From Eledone cirrhosa (taxonomy: Eukaryota): DNA of 64,000 nucleotides. The DNA lies in the NCBI GenBank assembly GCA_964016885.1, contig OZ024743.1:302746001-302810000 (forward strand), in the 5' to 3' direction. The position numbers and the translations under genes are program-made. The number at the start of each line of letters is the position of its first letter. The first letter of the stretch is position 1. Shown one piece after another: positions 44,513 through 56,928 of this stretch. Below the pieces are notes generated by a model. That model was not told the origin of the DNA, did not search any database, and was given only the letters and a program-made list of their open reading frames with translations.

Positions 44513-47500
44513 GCGACCTACGTATATGTACTATCGTGAGCTCCGCAAAGTTTTGTTGTTTTCAGTAGTTTAAAATGGTTATGGTTAACTGTATATAAGG
44601 GCACATACATTGTTTTCTGAAAAGGACACTCAAAAATTTAGAGGACACCCAAAAGGACACACAAAATTTAAACTTTTATAATTATCAAACAAAAATTTAT
44701 TAGAAAAGATCATGGACATCTCACAGTCACACCTTCCTCACAAACTAAACCTCACAATGACACCACCATTGTAAATATTACTACGTTTGCCAACACTAAA
44801 AATATAAGCAGTAGCAATATTTAAATTTGTCTCAGGCGGACATTCGTTTCCCGCCTTTACCAATGACTGCAGGTGTTAAAGCCGGACACCCCCACCATCA
44901 CCAAACCAACAACAGAAACAAAAGAAAAAAATAAATTATCTCGTGATATCGAAATGAATTCACCCAAAATGAACTTCCACACCGAAAACCAGTGACGCCA
45001 CCACCACCACAACTGAAACTAAAATTAACAATGACAAAAATAACGACAACAACAACAGAAACAATGAGCAAACCACCCTGTCTTTTGCCAGAGTAGCAAA
45101 AAAGTGCGAGGCAATCCAGGTAACTCAGCAGGAATTAGAAGAAGCCAAAAGATTGGTAAATAAAGATGGGTACAGGGTCAGCCTCAACCCCCCCCCCCAC
45201 CTAATAAAATGGAGCATCGGCGCCTATGCACCGTGTATTATCGGACGATTAACATAAAATCGCGCCGAGTAGAACGGGCATCCGAGTCCCAAATCCAAAA
45301 AGCTTTGGGACATGTGTGGGCAAAGAAAACCCGTGGGCAGAAATATGTAACCGTGGGCAGAAATATGGAACCGTGGACGTGTTCTTTGAAACACCAGAGG
45401 AAGCCAGAGAACACACCATGTCCCCATTAAGACGTGAAGACTTCACACTCGTCCTAAGCTATTGTGGCCAGAGACTCGTCAATATCAGGGTCACCCACAT
45501 TCCACCGGCCATCGAAATTCCCTGGCTAATAGCTGCCGTCCTCGCCGGCATCGAAGCCAACACCAAGATAATCGAAATAGCGAAAAAAAAGCAGGAGAAA
45601 TGGTCCGGATCTGGGATGGAGCTCCTGATCCAAGCGGACCAAATAAGCATTGAGGAGATCCCAGAGGTAATAGACCTTACTGAGGGCAGCCACCTCACCG
45701 TAATGGTCGAGGGCAGAGGGCCTAGATGTGTCGTTTGTGGAGAAGGAACCCACCTAAGGGCTTTCTGCCCTCAGGCTAAAAGGTTGAGGCACCTCTCTTG
45801 CCCTCCCCAGTGACTCAACCATCAATACCACCAGCAGCAGAGATGGCAGCAACAACTGTAGCAGCAACAACAGAAGCAACTGTAAGAGCAACAACCCCAG
45901 CAACAGTAGCAAAACACCACCACCACCACCCAATGCGCCAGAACTAGCACCAGCGCCTACACCATCCACCTCGCCACAACCAAAACCAACGCCTGTGGAG
46001 GATTTTCCACTCCCCGGCCTATCACAACTGGAGACAGATTGTGACGACGAGGAGTAGGAAACGGTATCAGGAAAAAAGAAAAAAAAGAAACCAAAAAAGA
46101 AAATATTCTCTTCCCTCCCCTTCCAAAAACAAAATTCAGAGGAAAACAAATAAACTATCAAACAAAAAGGTTAGGACAGATATGCCACCATCCACACCAG
46201 CATCACCAACCCCATCAGAAATGGGCGGAGAGGAAGCTATCCCTGAAAAGTCGAGCGGAAGTGGCTAACGCGTACATCGCGTCCGTCATCTACTACCGCC
46301 TGACCGTCGTACCTTGACCTAAGCCCCGCCAGACTGCGCTGGAGCGTTTGCTCTTTCGCTTTATGTGGAAGAGACGCGCTCCGATGGTCAGGCCGTCCAT
46401 CTGCTGTCAACACCCGCTAAGTGGAGGGCTGGGCAAGCCGTGGCTGATGATGCGCAGACACTCGCTCAGGCTACGACATCTCCACCTCTTCCTCGACGGT
46501 GATCAGGTGTGGTCGCCGTTTGCTAGACACGTCTTTCCGCAGCTCGTCTCCTTGACGGAGCTGCAGTCCTGGGTCAAGCGAAGACCGAGAGGGGGCGCTT
46601 GGAGACTGGAATGTCTTCAGGCGCTCACAGCCCTCGACCAATCGGGCAATGTGATCGGTGGAAACTCCACCTTGGCGTTCTATAGAGGATTAGTGGAGGG
46701 GTAGGGCGACGACGTACTTGGAGAAACTCTAGGCGTCGACGAAAATCAACTAGCCAATCTCTTCGGAGGGACTTTCGGGCCGGGGCTTATGGACAATTTC
46801 CAGAAATCCCTGGCCTGGCAGTGCTACCGAGGAGCTTTGCCAGTTCGGGATAAACTCTACAGGCATGGAGGTGCCGTCAGCCAGGCATGTCCGAGATGCA
46901 CGTAGGGCGACGAAACCGTCCTGCACGCACTCGTCCAGTGTCCGAGCATTGCTGACTTGTGGGTTTATGTCGAACACCTGCTGTCGCGTGTAGCACGGAT
47001 CCAGCTATCAGCTGTGTCCATCGTGAGGATTGCCCCGCCCAGTACCTTTAGCCGGGAAGGGCAGGCAGTTATTATCTGCCTGGTGGCCATGGAGAAAGAG
47101 ATAGTATGGTGGACACGTTTGAAAGGGCTGAAGTCGAACACTTACCTCTTCGGTGATGCCCTGATTAACTTTTTCAAGTTTCATTTGAAAAGGAAAATCA
47201 GGGTAGAGAGGGAAATGCTCTGTTCCCAGAATTTTGTTGAAAGATGGGTGAGAGAAGCAAGTATGGACCGAGTGAAAGGGCCTACTCTGAATATATGTCT
47301 GTAAATTAAAGGTGGAAACTGGGAGGGGGCACTTGCCTTGGTGGTCAGGGTGACAGTGGCTTTTTAATGGGTTTTCTCCACAAATGTCTCTCGGAAGTCT
47401 CCCCCCTATTGGGGAATTTTTCATTGTTATTTTTTTATTACATCCTCTGTTTTTTTACACGCAGATATGCCCATTTGTACCGTCCTATACTGTCCTTAAT

Positions 47501-47540
47501 GTCTACTTTATGTAAACCCTTGTGGTTAATAAAGAAAGCA
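44513..47540 (+). mobile_element. Tx1/L1-like LINE copy T1, internally deleted (ORF1 joined at ~46218 to post-RT ORF2)
   Basis: ORF1 knuckle CVVCGEGTHLRAFC; after the junction WAERKLSLKSRAEVAN, FRFMWK..P.V, GGLGKP, ACPRC..DETVLHALVQC; AATAAA then (TTA)n. Confidence 0.9.
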
Positions 47541-47546
47541 TTATTA

Positions 47547-47599
<53 letters not shown>

Positions 47600-47794
47600 G
47601 GCGACCTACGTAGTAAATCGTATCATCCTGAGCTCCGCAAAGTTTTGTTGTTTTAAGTTTTTTTAAATTGCCATTTATGGAAAACTGTTATTGTTAACTG
47701 TATATAAGTGCACATACATTGGTTTCTGAAAAGGACACTCAAAAAGATTGGGGCCTTGAGCCCAAAATTTAAACTTTATAATTATCAAACAAAA

Positions 47795-49754
47795 ATGTAT
47801 TTGAAAAAAATCATGGATGACTCAGAGTCACATCTTCCTCACAAACTAACACCTCACACCGACACCACCATTGTAAATATTACTACATTTGCCAACACTA
47901 AAAATATAAGCAGTAGCAATATTTTAAATTTTTCTAAGGTAGACATTCATTTCCCGCCATTACCAATGTCTGCAGGTGTTATAGCCGCCACCCCCACCAC
48001 CACCACCACACCGACAACAGAAACAAAAGAAAACAATAAATTAACTCGTGATATCGAAATTAATTCAACCAAAATGAACTCTTCCGCACCGAACACCACT
48101 GACACCACCACCACTACAACTGAAACTAAAATTAACAATAACAAAAATAAAGTTTACAACAACAGCAACAATGAAATTAAAAAAACTACCCTGAGTTGTG
48201 CCAGAGTAGAAAAAACGTGCGAAACATTCCAGGTAACTCAGGAGGAATTAGAAGAAGCCAAAAGAATGGTAAAGAAAGATGGGTACAGATCAGCCCCCCC
48301 CCCCCCCCTCCCACTCCCCACACACCTAATAAAATGGAGCACGTGGCCTATGCACGGTGTCATATCGGACAAATAACATAAAATCGCACCGAGTGGAACG
48401 GGCATCCAAGTCCTAAATGCAAAAACCTTTGGGAGATGTGTGGGCAAAAAAAACCCACATCAGACGTGGGCAGAAATATGGAACCGTGGACGTGTTCTTT
48501 GAAACACCACAGGGGGCCAGACAACACTCCATGACCCCATTAAGAAGTGACGACTTCACACTCGTCCCAACATATTGTGGCCATATCTTGTGAAGATCAG
48601 GGTGACACACGTTCCACCGGCCATCGAAATTCCCTGGCTAATTGCTGCCGTCCTCGCTGGCATCGAGGCTAACACCAAGATAATAGAAATAGCGAGAGAA
48701 AAGCAGGAGAACTGGTCCGGATCTGGGATGGAGCTCCTGATCCAAGCGGACCAAAGATACATTGAGGAGATCCCAGAGGTAATAGACCTCACTGAATGCA
48801 GCCACCTCACCGTAATCGTCGAGGGCAGAAGACCTAGGTGTGTCGTTTGTGGTGAAGGAACCCACCTAAGGGCTTTCTGCCCTCAGGCTAAAAGGTTGAG
48901 GCCACCTCTCTTACCCAAGCCAGTGATTAAACCATCAACAGGACCAGCAGCAGAAATGGCAGCAACAACTGTAGCAGCAACAACAGAAGCAAATGTAAGA
49001 GCAACAGCCCCAGCAACAGATGCAAAACCAACACCACTACCACCCAACGCGCCAGAACTAGCACCAGCGCCTATTCCATCCACCACGCCACAACCAAAAC
49101 CAACGCTTGTGGAGGATTTTCTACTCCCCTGCCTATTACATCTGGAGACAGATTGTGACGACGAGGAGTGGGAAACGGTATCAGGAAAAAAAAAAGAAGA
49201 AACCAAAAAACAAAAAATCCCCCCCCCCCCACTCCAAAAACAAAATACAGAGGGAAACAAATAAACTATCAAACAAAAAAGTTAGGACAGTTATGCTACC
49301 ATCCACACCAGCATCACCAAACCGATCAGCACAAACACCAACACCATCACCATCATTAACCCCAACACCACTATCACCAACACCACAAAAGTCACCAAAA
49401 AGCGAAACAGAAAGAAACCTACAACAAATGCAAACAAAACAAAACAACCAAAACGATACACACTACACAGCATTAAATTTGAACAACAACCAATTATTAA
49501 ACTACATCCAACACAACACAAGCATCACAGAAAAATACTACACAGCAACCCAAAAGTTCACACCATCTCCACTCATACAAATCACTCGCATCACACAGAA
49601 AACGTACATGACACTAAAACAAAAATTCCCCAATGATATAGGAAACTTCCGACACGTACTCTCCAGGAGGATTTATAAGGACATCCTTCCGGAGGAGCCC
49701 ACTAGCAGTGAAAAGGATGGAGAAATCATCCTTCCTCTACGAGAAGTTAGGTAA
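47795..49754 (+). pseudogene. Tx1-like ORF1 (CCHC zinc knuckle, Pro/Thr-rich), frameshifted
   Basis: RGQKYGTVDVFFETP, VKIRVTHVPP, RCVVCGEGTHLRAFCP. Confidence 0.8.
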
Positions 49755-52700
49755 GTGGACTTTCCCAACTTGTCCACTCCATTTCAACATGACCTCACTA
49801 GAATAGGCAGCATAAATGCGCGTGGCTTGGGGTCGTCACGGAAGCAGGGCCACCTGCCCAACGACCTCAGGTCACTAAACATAGATGTAGTGGCCATCAG
49901 CGAGACCAGAATCTCCGAAGCACGGGCCTTCGCACCGATCTTCGGCGGCTACGATGTGTACGCCTCTCCCAGGCGTCCGGGATCGGAGGGAGGAGTTGCT
50001 GTGCTTTTTCGGAAAGGTTTGGATCTCGCCATACGGGCCATCTTACTGGGCCCAGAAGGTAAGTTGGTGGTGCTGGACGTGACCAGCGGAGAAGGGCAAG
50101 CTTTCAATATAGTGGCCGTCTAATACCCGACAGGAGCAGGGCACCCTGATTTATTTCGGCGTCTAGAGACCTTCTTGGAACGTCCCGCTCTTTAGTGTTA
50201 GTGGGCGACTGGAACGGGATCTTAGATGCACGCTGGGACTGTGTGGGATTACCGGATAGGGGAGGAGAGTGCAAGAGTCTCACCAACCTGCTCAGGCGTT
50301 TTGAACTGTCTGACAGGTACCGATTGGATTTCCCGAATGTGCTAATGTGGACTTGGACAAATCGCATAGGGTCATCCAGATCATATCTAGATAGAGTATT
50401 TTGTAGGGAAATAGTTAGGTCTAGCATAGGCTGTCCACAATTCAAGATAGTCAGCTACGCCGACCACAAATTCGTGATCTGTGTGCTTGACTTAAATAGG
50501 CTTAATAGACGAGGACCTGGCTACTGGAAGCTAAACGCGTCCTTACCAGCGCGCAAGGCCTACAGAGACCGGATTAGCGAATTAGTTAAGCGGGCGTTGA
50601 CGGGGGCCATCGTCAACAACAAGTAGTGGTTTGCTCTGAAAAGAGCAATTAGAATAGAGTCCATTAGGTTTAGTAAGGCTTTAGCAATAGAGAAAAAATA
50701 GAGCAGAGGAAAATTAGTTAGAAAATTAGACGAGGCGCTCAGCAAAGGCATTGCGACCGACGTACTTGCGGAGATAATGGGCCCTTGACCAATTCTTCAA
50801 TGCAAAGCATGAAGGCTACGTTGTCAGAGCTAGGGTGGGTGCTCTCACACTCTCAGACACGAGGGGACGAAAGCCGTTCAATTGACCCGAGTGGCGGAGG
50901 CGCGTCGTGGCAACAAAGCCACGATCCGTTATTTGCTGGACCACGACGGGCGCATGCTACTCGATCCCGCCAAATGTGTGAAGCTTTTCAGCGACTCTTC
51001 GCTCAAATGTTCGGGGGAAGCGGCGGTCCGGATCGAGGGATGGACTTTAGTGTCTACCTTGACGGACTACGCGGATCTCGGCCACTGAGTCATAGTGTTG
51101 CGTAAAGCCGATAACAGCCGCTGAAGTACGGGAGGCAATGACTGGCTGCACAAGGGGTAAATCTCCTGGTTTGGATGGTCTGTGAACTTTACGTACAGAT
51201 GCCAGAATTGTTCGGAGACCTTTTGGCGGACGTCTACTGCAACTGGCAACAGAACGGGAGAATTCCCAGCTCTGTGAGCCGATGAGCGGTCGCGCTGCTG
51301 AGAAAGGATCCAAACAAGGGGGATAACGTAGATAATTTCAGGCCCATAACTCTGCTAAACACAGAGTTCAAGATGTTGGCCAAGGTGCTAGCAAAGAGTT
51401 TGGCGCTTGTCGTTGGTGGTCTGGTGGGAGAGTCGCAGTCATGCGCCTTTCCCGACAGATCCAGCCACGACAACCTCCACCTCATGCGATGCATCGTAGA
51501 GAGGGTAGCTAGAGATCCTGGCACGGGTGGGTCCTTGATCAATTTAGATCAGTCGAAAGCTTTCGATAGGGTCGACCATCGTTACCTAGCGGCAGTCCTG
51601 AGGGCGGCTGGCTTGGGCCCGTCTTCAGAGGCTGGATCGTTGCCATGCACAGCGACAACTGCTCTGTGGTAAGAGTGAACGGTCACCTTTCGGAACCGTT
51701 CAACATCATGCGCTCGGTCCGCCAAGGATGTCTCCTCTCGTCCCTCTTGCACGTATTGACTCTCGAGCCATTACTGCACAAACTGGAGACGTTGAGGCGC
51801 GTCCCGCGCAAACTAGGATGCGGAAGATCCGTCTCAGCATATGCGGACGATGTCACCGTAGTGGTGTCGAACGCCAAACACATCGAGGCGATCGGCACTA
51901 CACTAAGAGAATACGAAGCGGTGACAGGAGCAATGATCAACCAGGAAAAGTCAGTGGGCCTGCTGCTCGGCACCTGGAGAGGCAGGTCCATGCCGTCCAA
52001 CAGCGTCGTCGGACGCTGGACGGACGGAGCAGGTGTGGTCGCCGTTTGCTAGACACATCTTTCCCCAGCCCGTCTCCTTGCAGTCCTGGGTCAAGCGAAG
52101 ACCGAGAGGGAGCGCTTGAAGACTGGAATGTATTCAGGCGCTCACAGCCCTCGACCAATCGGGCAATGCGATCAGTGGACACTCCACCTCGGCGTTCTAA
52201 AGATGAGTAGTGGAGGGGAAGAGCGACTACGTACTTAGGGAAACTCTAAGCGTCGACGAAAATCAAGTAGCCAATCTCTTCGGAAGAACTTTCGGGCCGG
52301 GGCCTATGGACAACTTCCAGAAATCGCTGGCCTGGCAGTGCTACCGAGGAGCTTTGCCAGTCCTGGATAAACTCTACAGGCATAGAGGTGCCGTCTACCG
52401 GGCATGTCCGAGATACGCGCAGGGCGGCGAAACCGTCCTGCACGCACGCGTTCAGTGTCCGAGAATTGCTGACTTGTGGGTTTATGTCGAACACCTGCTG
52501 TCGCGTGTAGGATGGATCCGGCTATCAGCTGAGTCCATCGTGAGGAATGCCCCGCCCTCTTCCTTTAACCGGGAAGGGCAGGCAGTTTTTATCTGTCTTG
52601 TGGCCACGTCGAAAGAGATAGTATGATGGATACGTTTGAAAGGGCTGAAGACGAGCAATTACCTCTTCGGTGATGCCCTGATTAACTTTTTTCAAATTTC

Positions 52701-52822
52701 ATTTGAAAAGGAAAATCAGGGTAGAGAGGGAAGTGCTCTGTTCCCAGCATTTTGTTGAAAGATGGGTGAGAGAAGCAAGTATGGCCCGAGTGAATGGGCC
52801 TACTATGAGTATGTGTCTGTAA
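49755..52822 (+). pseudogene. Tx1-like ORF2: AP endonuclease + RT + zinc motif; many disruptions and a deletion at ~52030
   Basis: SINARGL, AISET, VGDWN, WTWTN..SYLDR, ADHK, GPGYWKLN, KSPGLDG, FRPITLLN, DQSKAFDRVDH, RQGC, AYADDV. Confidence 0.92.
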
Positions 52823-53067
52823 ATTAAAGGTGGAAAACTGGGAGAGGGCACTTGCCCTGGTGGTCAGGGTCACTGTGGCCTTTTAATGGGCTTTCCCCAC
52901 AAATGTCTCTCGGAAGTCTCCCTCCTATTGGGGAATTTTTCATTGTTATTTTTTTCATAACATCCTCTGTTTTTTTAGTCGCAGACATGCCCATTTGTAC
53001 AGTCCTGGATTGTCCTGTACTGTCCTTAATGTTTACTTTATGTAAAAACTTGTGGTTAATAAATAAA

Positions 53068-53114
<47 letters not shown>

Positions 53115-56100
53115 GTTGTTATTCCTTGAATCTCAGTCATTGATGTTGGTTAACTGGAAAGTCCGTTGGATTGAATATCAAGCCACTACCTGCAGCCTCA
53201 GATATTCAGGACGTATCGGAGGGTTCTTGCTGTTCCAAGCAAGCATGCCTTTTGAAGCGTTCCAAAAAGCGTGAAGGGGCCGATTATCTTTAACCATCCC
53301 TGGAAACCTTTGGAGATAGTCCCCAGTGCGCCTATGACAATCGGGATCACTTTGACTTCATGGCAGTTCCAAATCCTTTTCACCTCCCACTTTAGGTCCT
53401 GGTATCGGTTAATTTTCTCCCTCTCCTTCTCTTGCACTCTCGTGTCGAACGGGCAGGCCACATCCACAATCAGGCACGATCTTTTTTCTTTGTCCACAAC
53501 CACCAGGTCAGGTCTATTGTGTTCCAGTTTTTTGTCCGTCTGTATCCTAAAATCCCACAGCACCTTCACCTGACTGTTCTCCATCACCGCCTCTGGCCTA
53601 TGCTCATACCATTTCTCAGAATGTGGTAGATTGTTTACTTTGCACAGGTGCCAGTGGATCACCCTGCCCATCACATCGTGTCTCCAGCCCTTATAGTGGG
53701 TCTGGGCTAGGTGTTTACACTCGGACACAATGTGAGCCACAGTCTCCTCTCTCTCTCCACAGATCCTGCACAGTGGGCTAGCCTCCTCCTTGTAGATATG
53801 GTGCTTCAACCACTTCGTTTTGAGGGCCTGCTCCTGCGCAGCCATTAGCATTCCTTCTGTAGCCTTTTTGAGGTCTCCTCTTCTCAACCAGTTCCATGTC
53901 TGTGGATCTCTAAATTCAGTTTTCTCAAAGAAGGTGCTATGAAGGGATTTTCCCTTAAGGCTGCTCTTCCTCCTTGATGTTATTTCCTCCTTGGACATCC
54001 CCTGGCCTACTGTCCCCTCCTTCAGTACAGTTCTGAGCATTGGCTCCTTACTATAGGTCACGTATTTGTATAGGTTGTTTTTCTCCATCTGAACACAGTC
54101 CTCTATGCTGATAAGACCTCTTCCACCCTCAGATCTCCTTAGGTAGAGTCTATCGACATCACTCCTCTTGTGGAACATGTTGTAGATAGTCAATAGCTTC
54201 CTACTCTTCCTATCCATTTCTTTTTGTTCAGCAACATTCCATCTCAGAATTCCCGCACTGTACCTAATAATAGACACAGCTCGGGAATTTACTGCGCTTA
54301 TGGCATTTCTGCTGTTCAGATGTGACTTCAATACGCTCCTTACTCTCCGAATGTATTCAGTTCTTAACAATTCCTTCATTTTTTTGTTCTTTATGCCATC
54401 AGCCTCCAGAACGCCCAAATACTTGTATCCTTCCTCAGAGTCAATTTCCTTTATCATCTCACCTGTTGGTATCTGGATCCCGTTACTTCTGCTCAACCTA
54501 CCCCTCTTCATCACAATGACTCCACATTTACCAATACCAAACTGCATACATATATCACTGCTGAAAATACGGACAGTGTCAACAAGCACATCCAACTCCT
54601 TCTCACTTTTCCCGAAGAGCTTAAGATCGTCCATGAAGAGGAGGTGATTGATGGTAATCTCTCCCCTTCCCAACTTGTATCCTGCTCTCACTTTTCGCAG
54701 CATAATGGTCAAGGGCATCAGGGCAAGGACAAACAACAGAGGGGACAGGCTATCTCCCTGGAAGATACCTCTCTTGATCTTCACGCTTCCCAAGGATACT
54801 CCAGTTGATGTCAACTCTGTCTCCCAGGACCCCATACTCCTGCCTAGCAACTGTCTGATGTTATCTGCCACCCTGAAGATCTCCAGGCTTTTGGTGATCC
54901 AGGAATGAGGCACCATGTCAAATGCCTTTCTGTAGTCTATCCATCCCATGGCAAGATCAGTGTGTCTCCTCCTGCAATTCCCCATTACCATCTTATCAAT
55001 AAGTAACTGGTCCTTTGTACCACGTGACTTCTTTCGGCATCTTTTCTGTTCGTCCGGTAACAAGTTGTTTGTGTGGAGGTGATGGTAGATTTCCTCAGAC
55101 ACAATGCTCGTCAACAGTTTCCACATTACGGACAGACATGTGATAGGTCTATAGTTGGTAACATCATTACCCTTGATTCGGTCTTTCATTATCAGAACTG
55201 TGGTACCTTTTGTCAACCACTCTGGCACCTCACCCGACACCAAGCAGTCATTGAACATGGCCGTCAGCTTCGGGTGGAGGGATGTTAAATGTTTAATCCA
55301 ATACCCCTGCACACCATCTGGGCCTGGTGATTTCCAGTTGGTTAGTTTTTTGGCCTGTCCCTTAAGAGTTTCAACTGTGATACTCAAATCAGTTTGTTGT
55401 TGTGCCTGCTCACCGATCTCCCTCTGTACTGTCTCAATCCACCCTGCCTGGGCATTGTGTCTAACATCCTGCTCCCATATTCCTCCCCAGAATGTTTTAG
55501 TTTGCTCCGCCCCAGGGATCAAGTCGTTGCCTCTTTCTTTCCCCTCAAGCTGTCCAAACAGCATCTTCTGGTTGTTGTCGAACATGCGGTTCTGTTTATA
55601 CTGACTGACTCTGTTCTCGTATCGCCTGATTTTTGCACTCTTTGCTACAATGCGTTGCTTCAGTTCCTCTATGATAATATTTAGCTTTTTCCTCCTAGTT
55701 TTGTATTTTATTTCCAGTCTATTTTTAGTGCCTATGTTTTTTAGTGTCCCATTCAGTAGTGACTCAAGCTTTCCTATGTCATTTCTCATTTCCCCGATTT
55801 GCCCACTCAGTCGCTTCTTCCACCACGGCTCTGCTCTTTCTTGTCTGTTGTTTCCTCTCGCTTTTATACCAAGTAGTTTCCTCACCGTATTTGCTGTTGC
55901 TTTGAGGATATTGTTGCACTGGTGAAGGCTCCTCGGCTCAAGGTATGGGATGACTTTGTTTACATTAGCTGTTGTTTCTTTTAACTTTTTCCTGTCTACA
56001 AATCTTAGGTTCATAGGTCTCCCACTATCATTGTTCAATTAATCTACCACTAAATTTAGGATGTCAACCGAATCTTGTCCTAGCCCGTCAGCATTCATCT

Positions 56101-56897
56101 CCTCAGTGGCCGTATCTCTGTTCCAGGTATTATTTATCTCAGTATTCAGATTATTGTCTGCTTCGGGTGGTTCCTCCGTTCTCAGGACCTCTTCACCTTC
56201 ATTTCCCACTGGCTCGCTTGTCTGGCATACTACACCCGCCATCTCCAAGCCATTCTCTCTGCTCAGTTCCTCCAGTTCCAGATCGCTTATCCGTCCATTA
56301 GTTCTTATTACCCGAACCTGCCCGGCCAATTTTTGTTCATCTAATTTAAATAAACCAATCTCGTTCCAGATGTTATGCATCCGTCTCCTGTAGCCCCTCT
56401 CCTTGGGGTTACTGTTCAGGTAACATTGCATAACAGTTCTATTCAATTCTTTCGTCCAGTTGGTTCTGGCCCCTTTCCTTCTTCTCCTTCCTCCAACATC
56501 AGCAGTATTTGGTTGACAGTCAGGTTCCTGCTGCTGAGCCAGGGGGCACCTGTTGGGTGAGAGTCTGTCACATGACGTTCTAGTCTCCATTTCACCGTTA
56601 TTCGAACTGTTTATGTTCGATATTTAAACACTCTTATCGAGGATTGGCGAATGTATGGTTACATATCCATCTGTCGATCCGCCATTCCACTTGGCCCTTG
56701 TGTGGCATTATCACCACGCTGTATACGAACACACATAAACAAACAAACACACAGGCAGAAAGGGCCCCAAAAATGAATAAGCATAAGTTTCATTGTAATG
56801 TAGTGTTCGAATGTCTGACTTAGTTTTTGTTTTTTAAGTTTTAGTTTTTTCCCCCTCTTCTCTGTCCGTCCGCCTGCTTCTCTCTTCATTCTTATTT
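53115..56897 (-). mobile_element. R4/Dong-like family B copy (B2), truncated in the 5' leader
   Basis: Complete coding region plus ~300 bp of leader; TTA-flanked. Confidence 0.95.
53198..56590 (-). pseudogene. Family B RT-RLE ORF (~1130 codons), single in-frame stop at 56039-56041
   Basis: NWTKELN (Myb-like), KSPGPDG, WIDYRKAFDM, GIFQGDSLSP, LFMDDLK, CRIC..ETVAH..SEC, RPD..D..EK..RY. Confidence 0.95.
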
Positions 56898-56928
56898 ATT
56901 TTTTTTTTTTATTATTATTATTATTATT

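Larger units (their letters stand above)
47601..53070 (+). mobile_element. Tx1/L1-like LINE copy T2, near full-length, degenerate
   Basis: Same 5' start GCGACCTACGTA and same 3' end as T1; ORF1 + APE + RT + C-terminal zinc motif. Confidence 0.93.
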
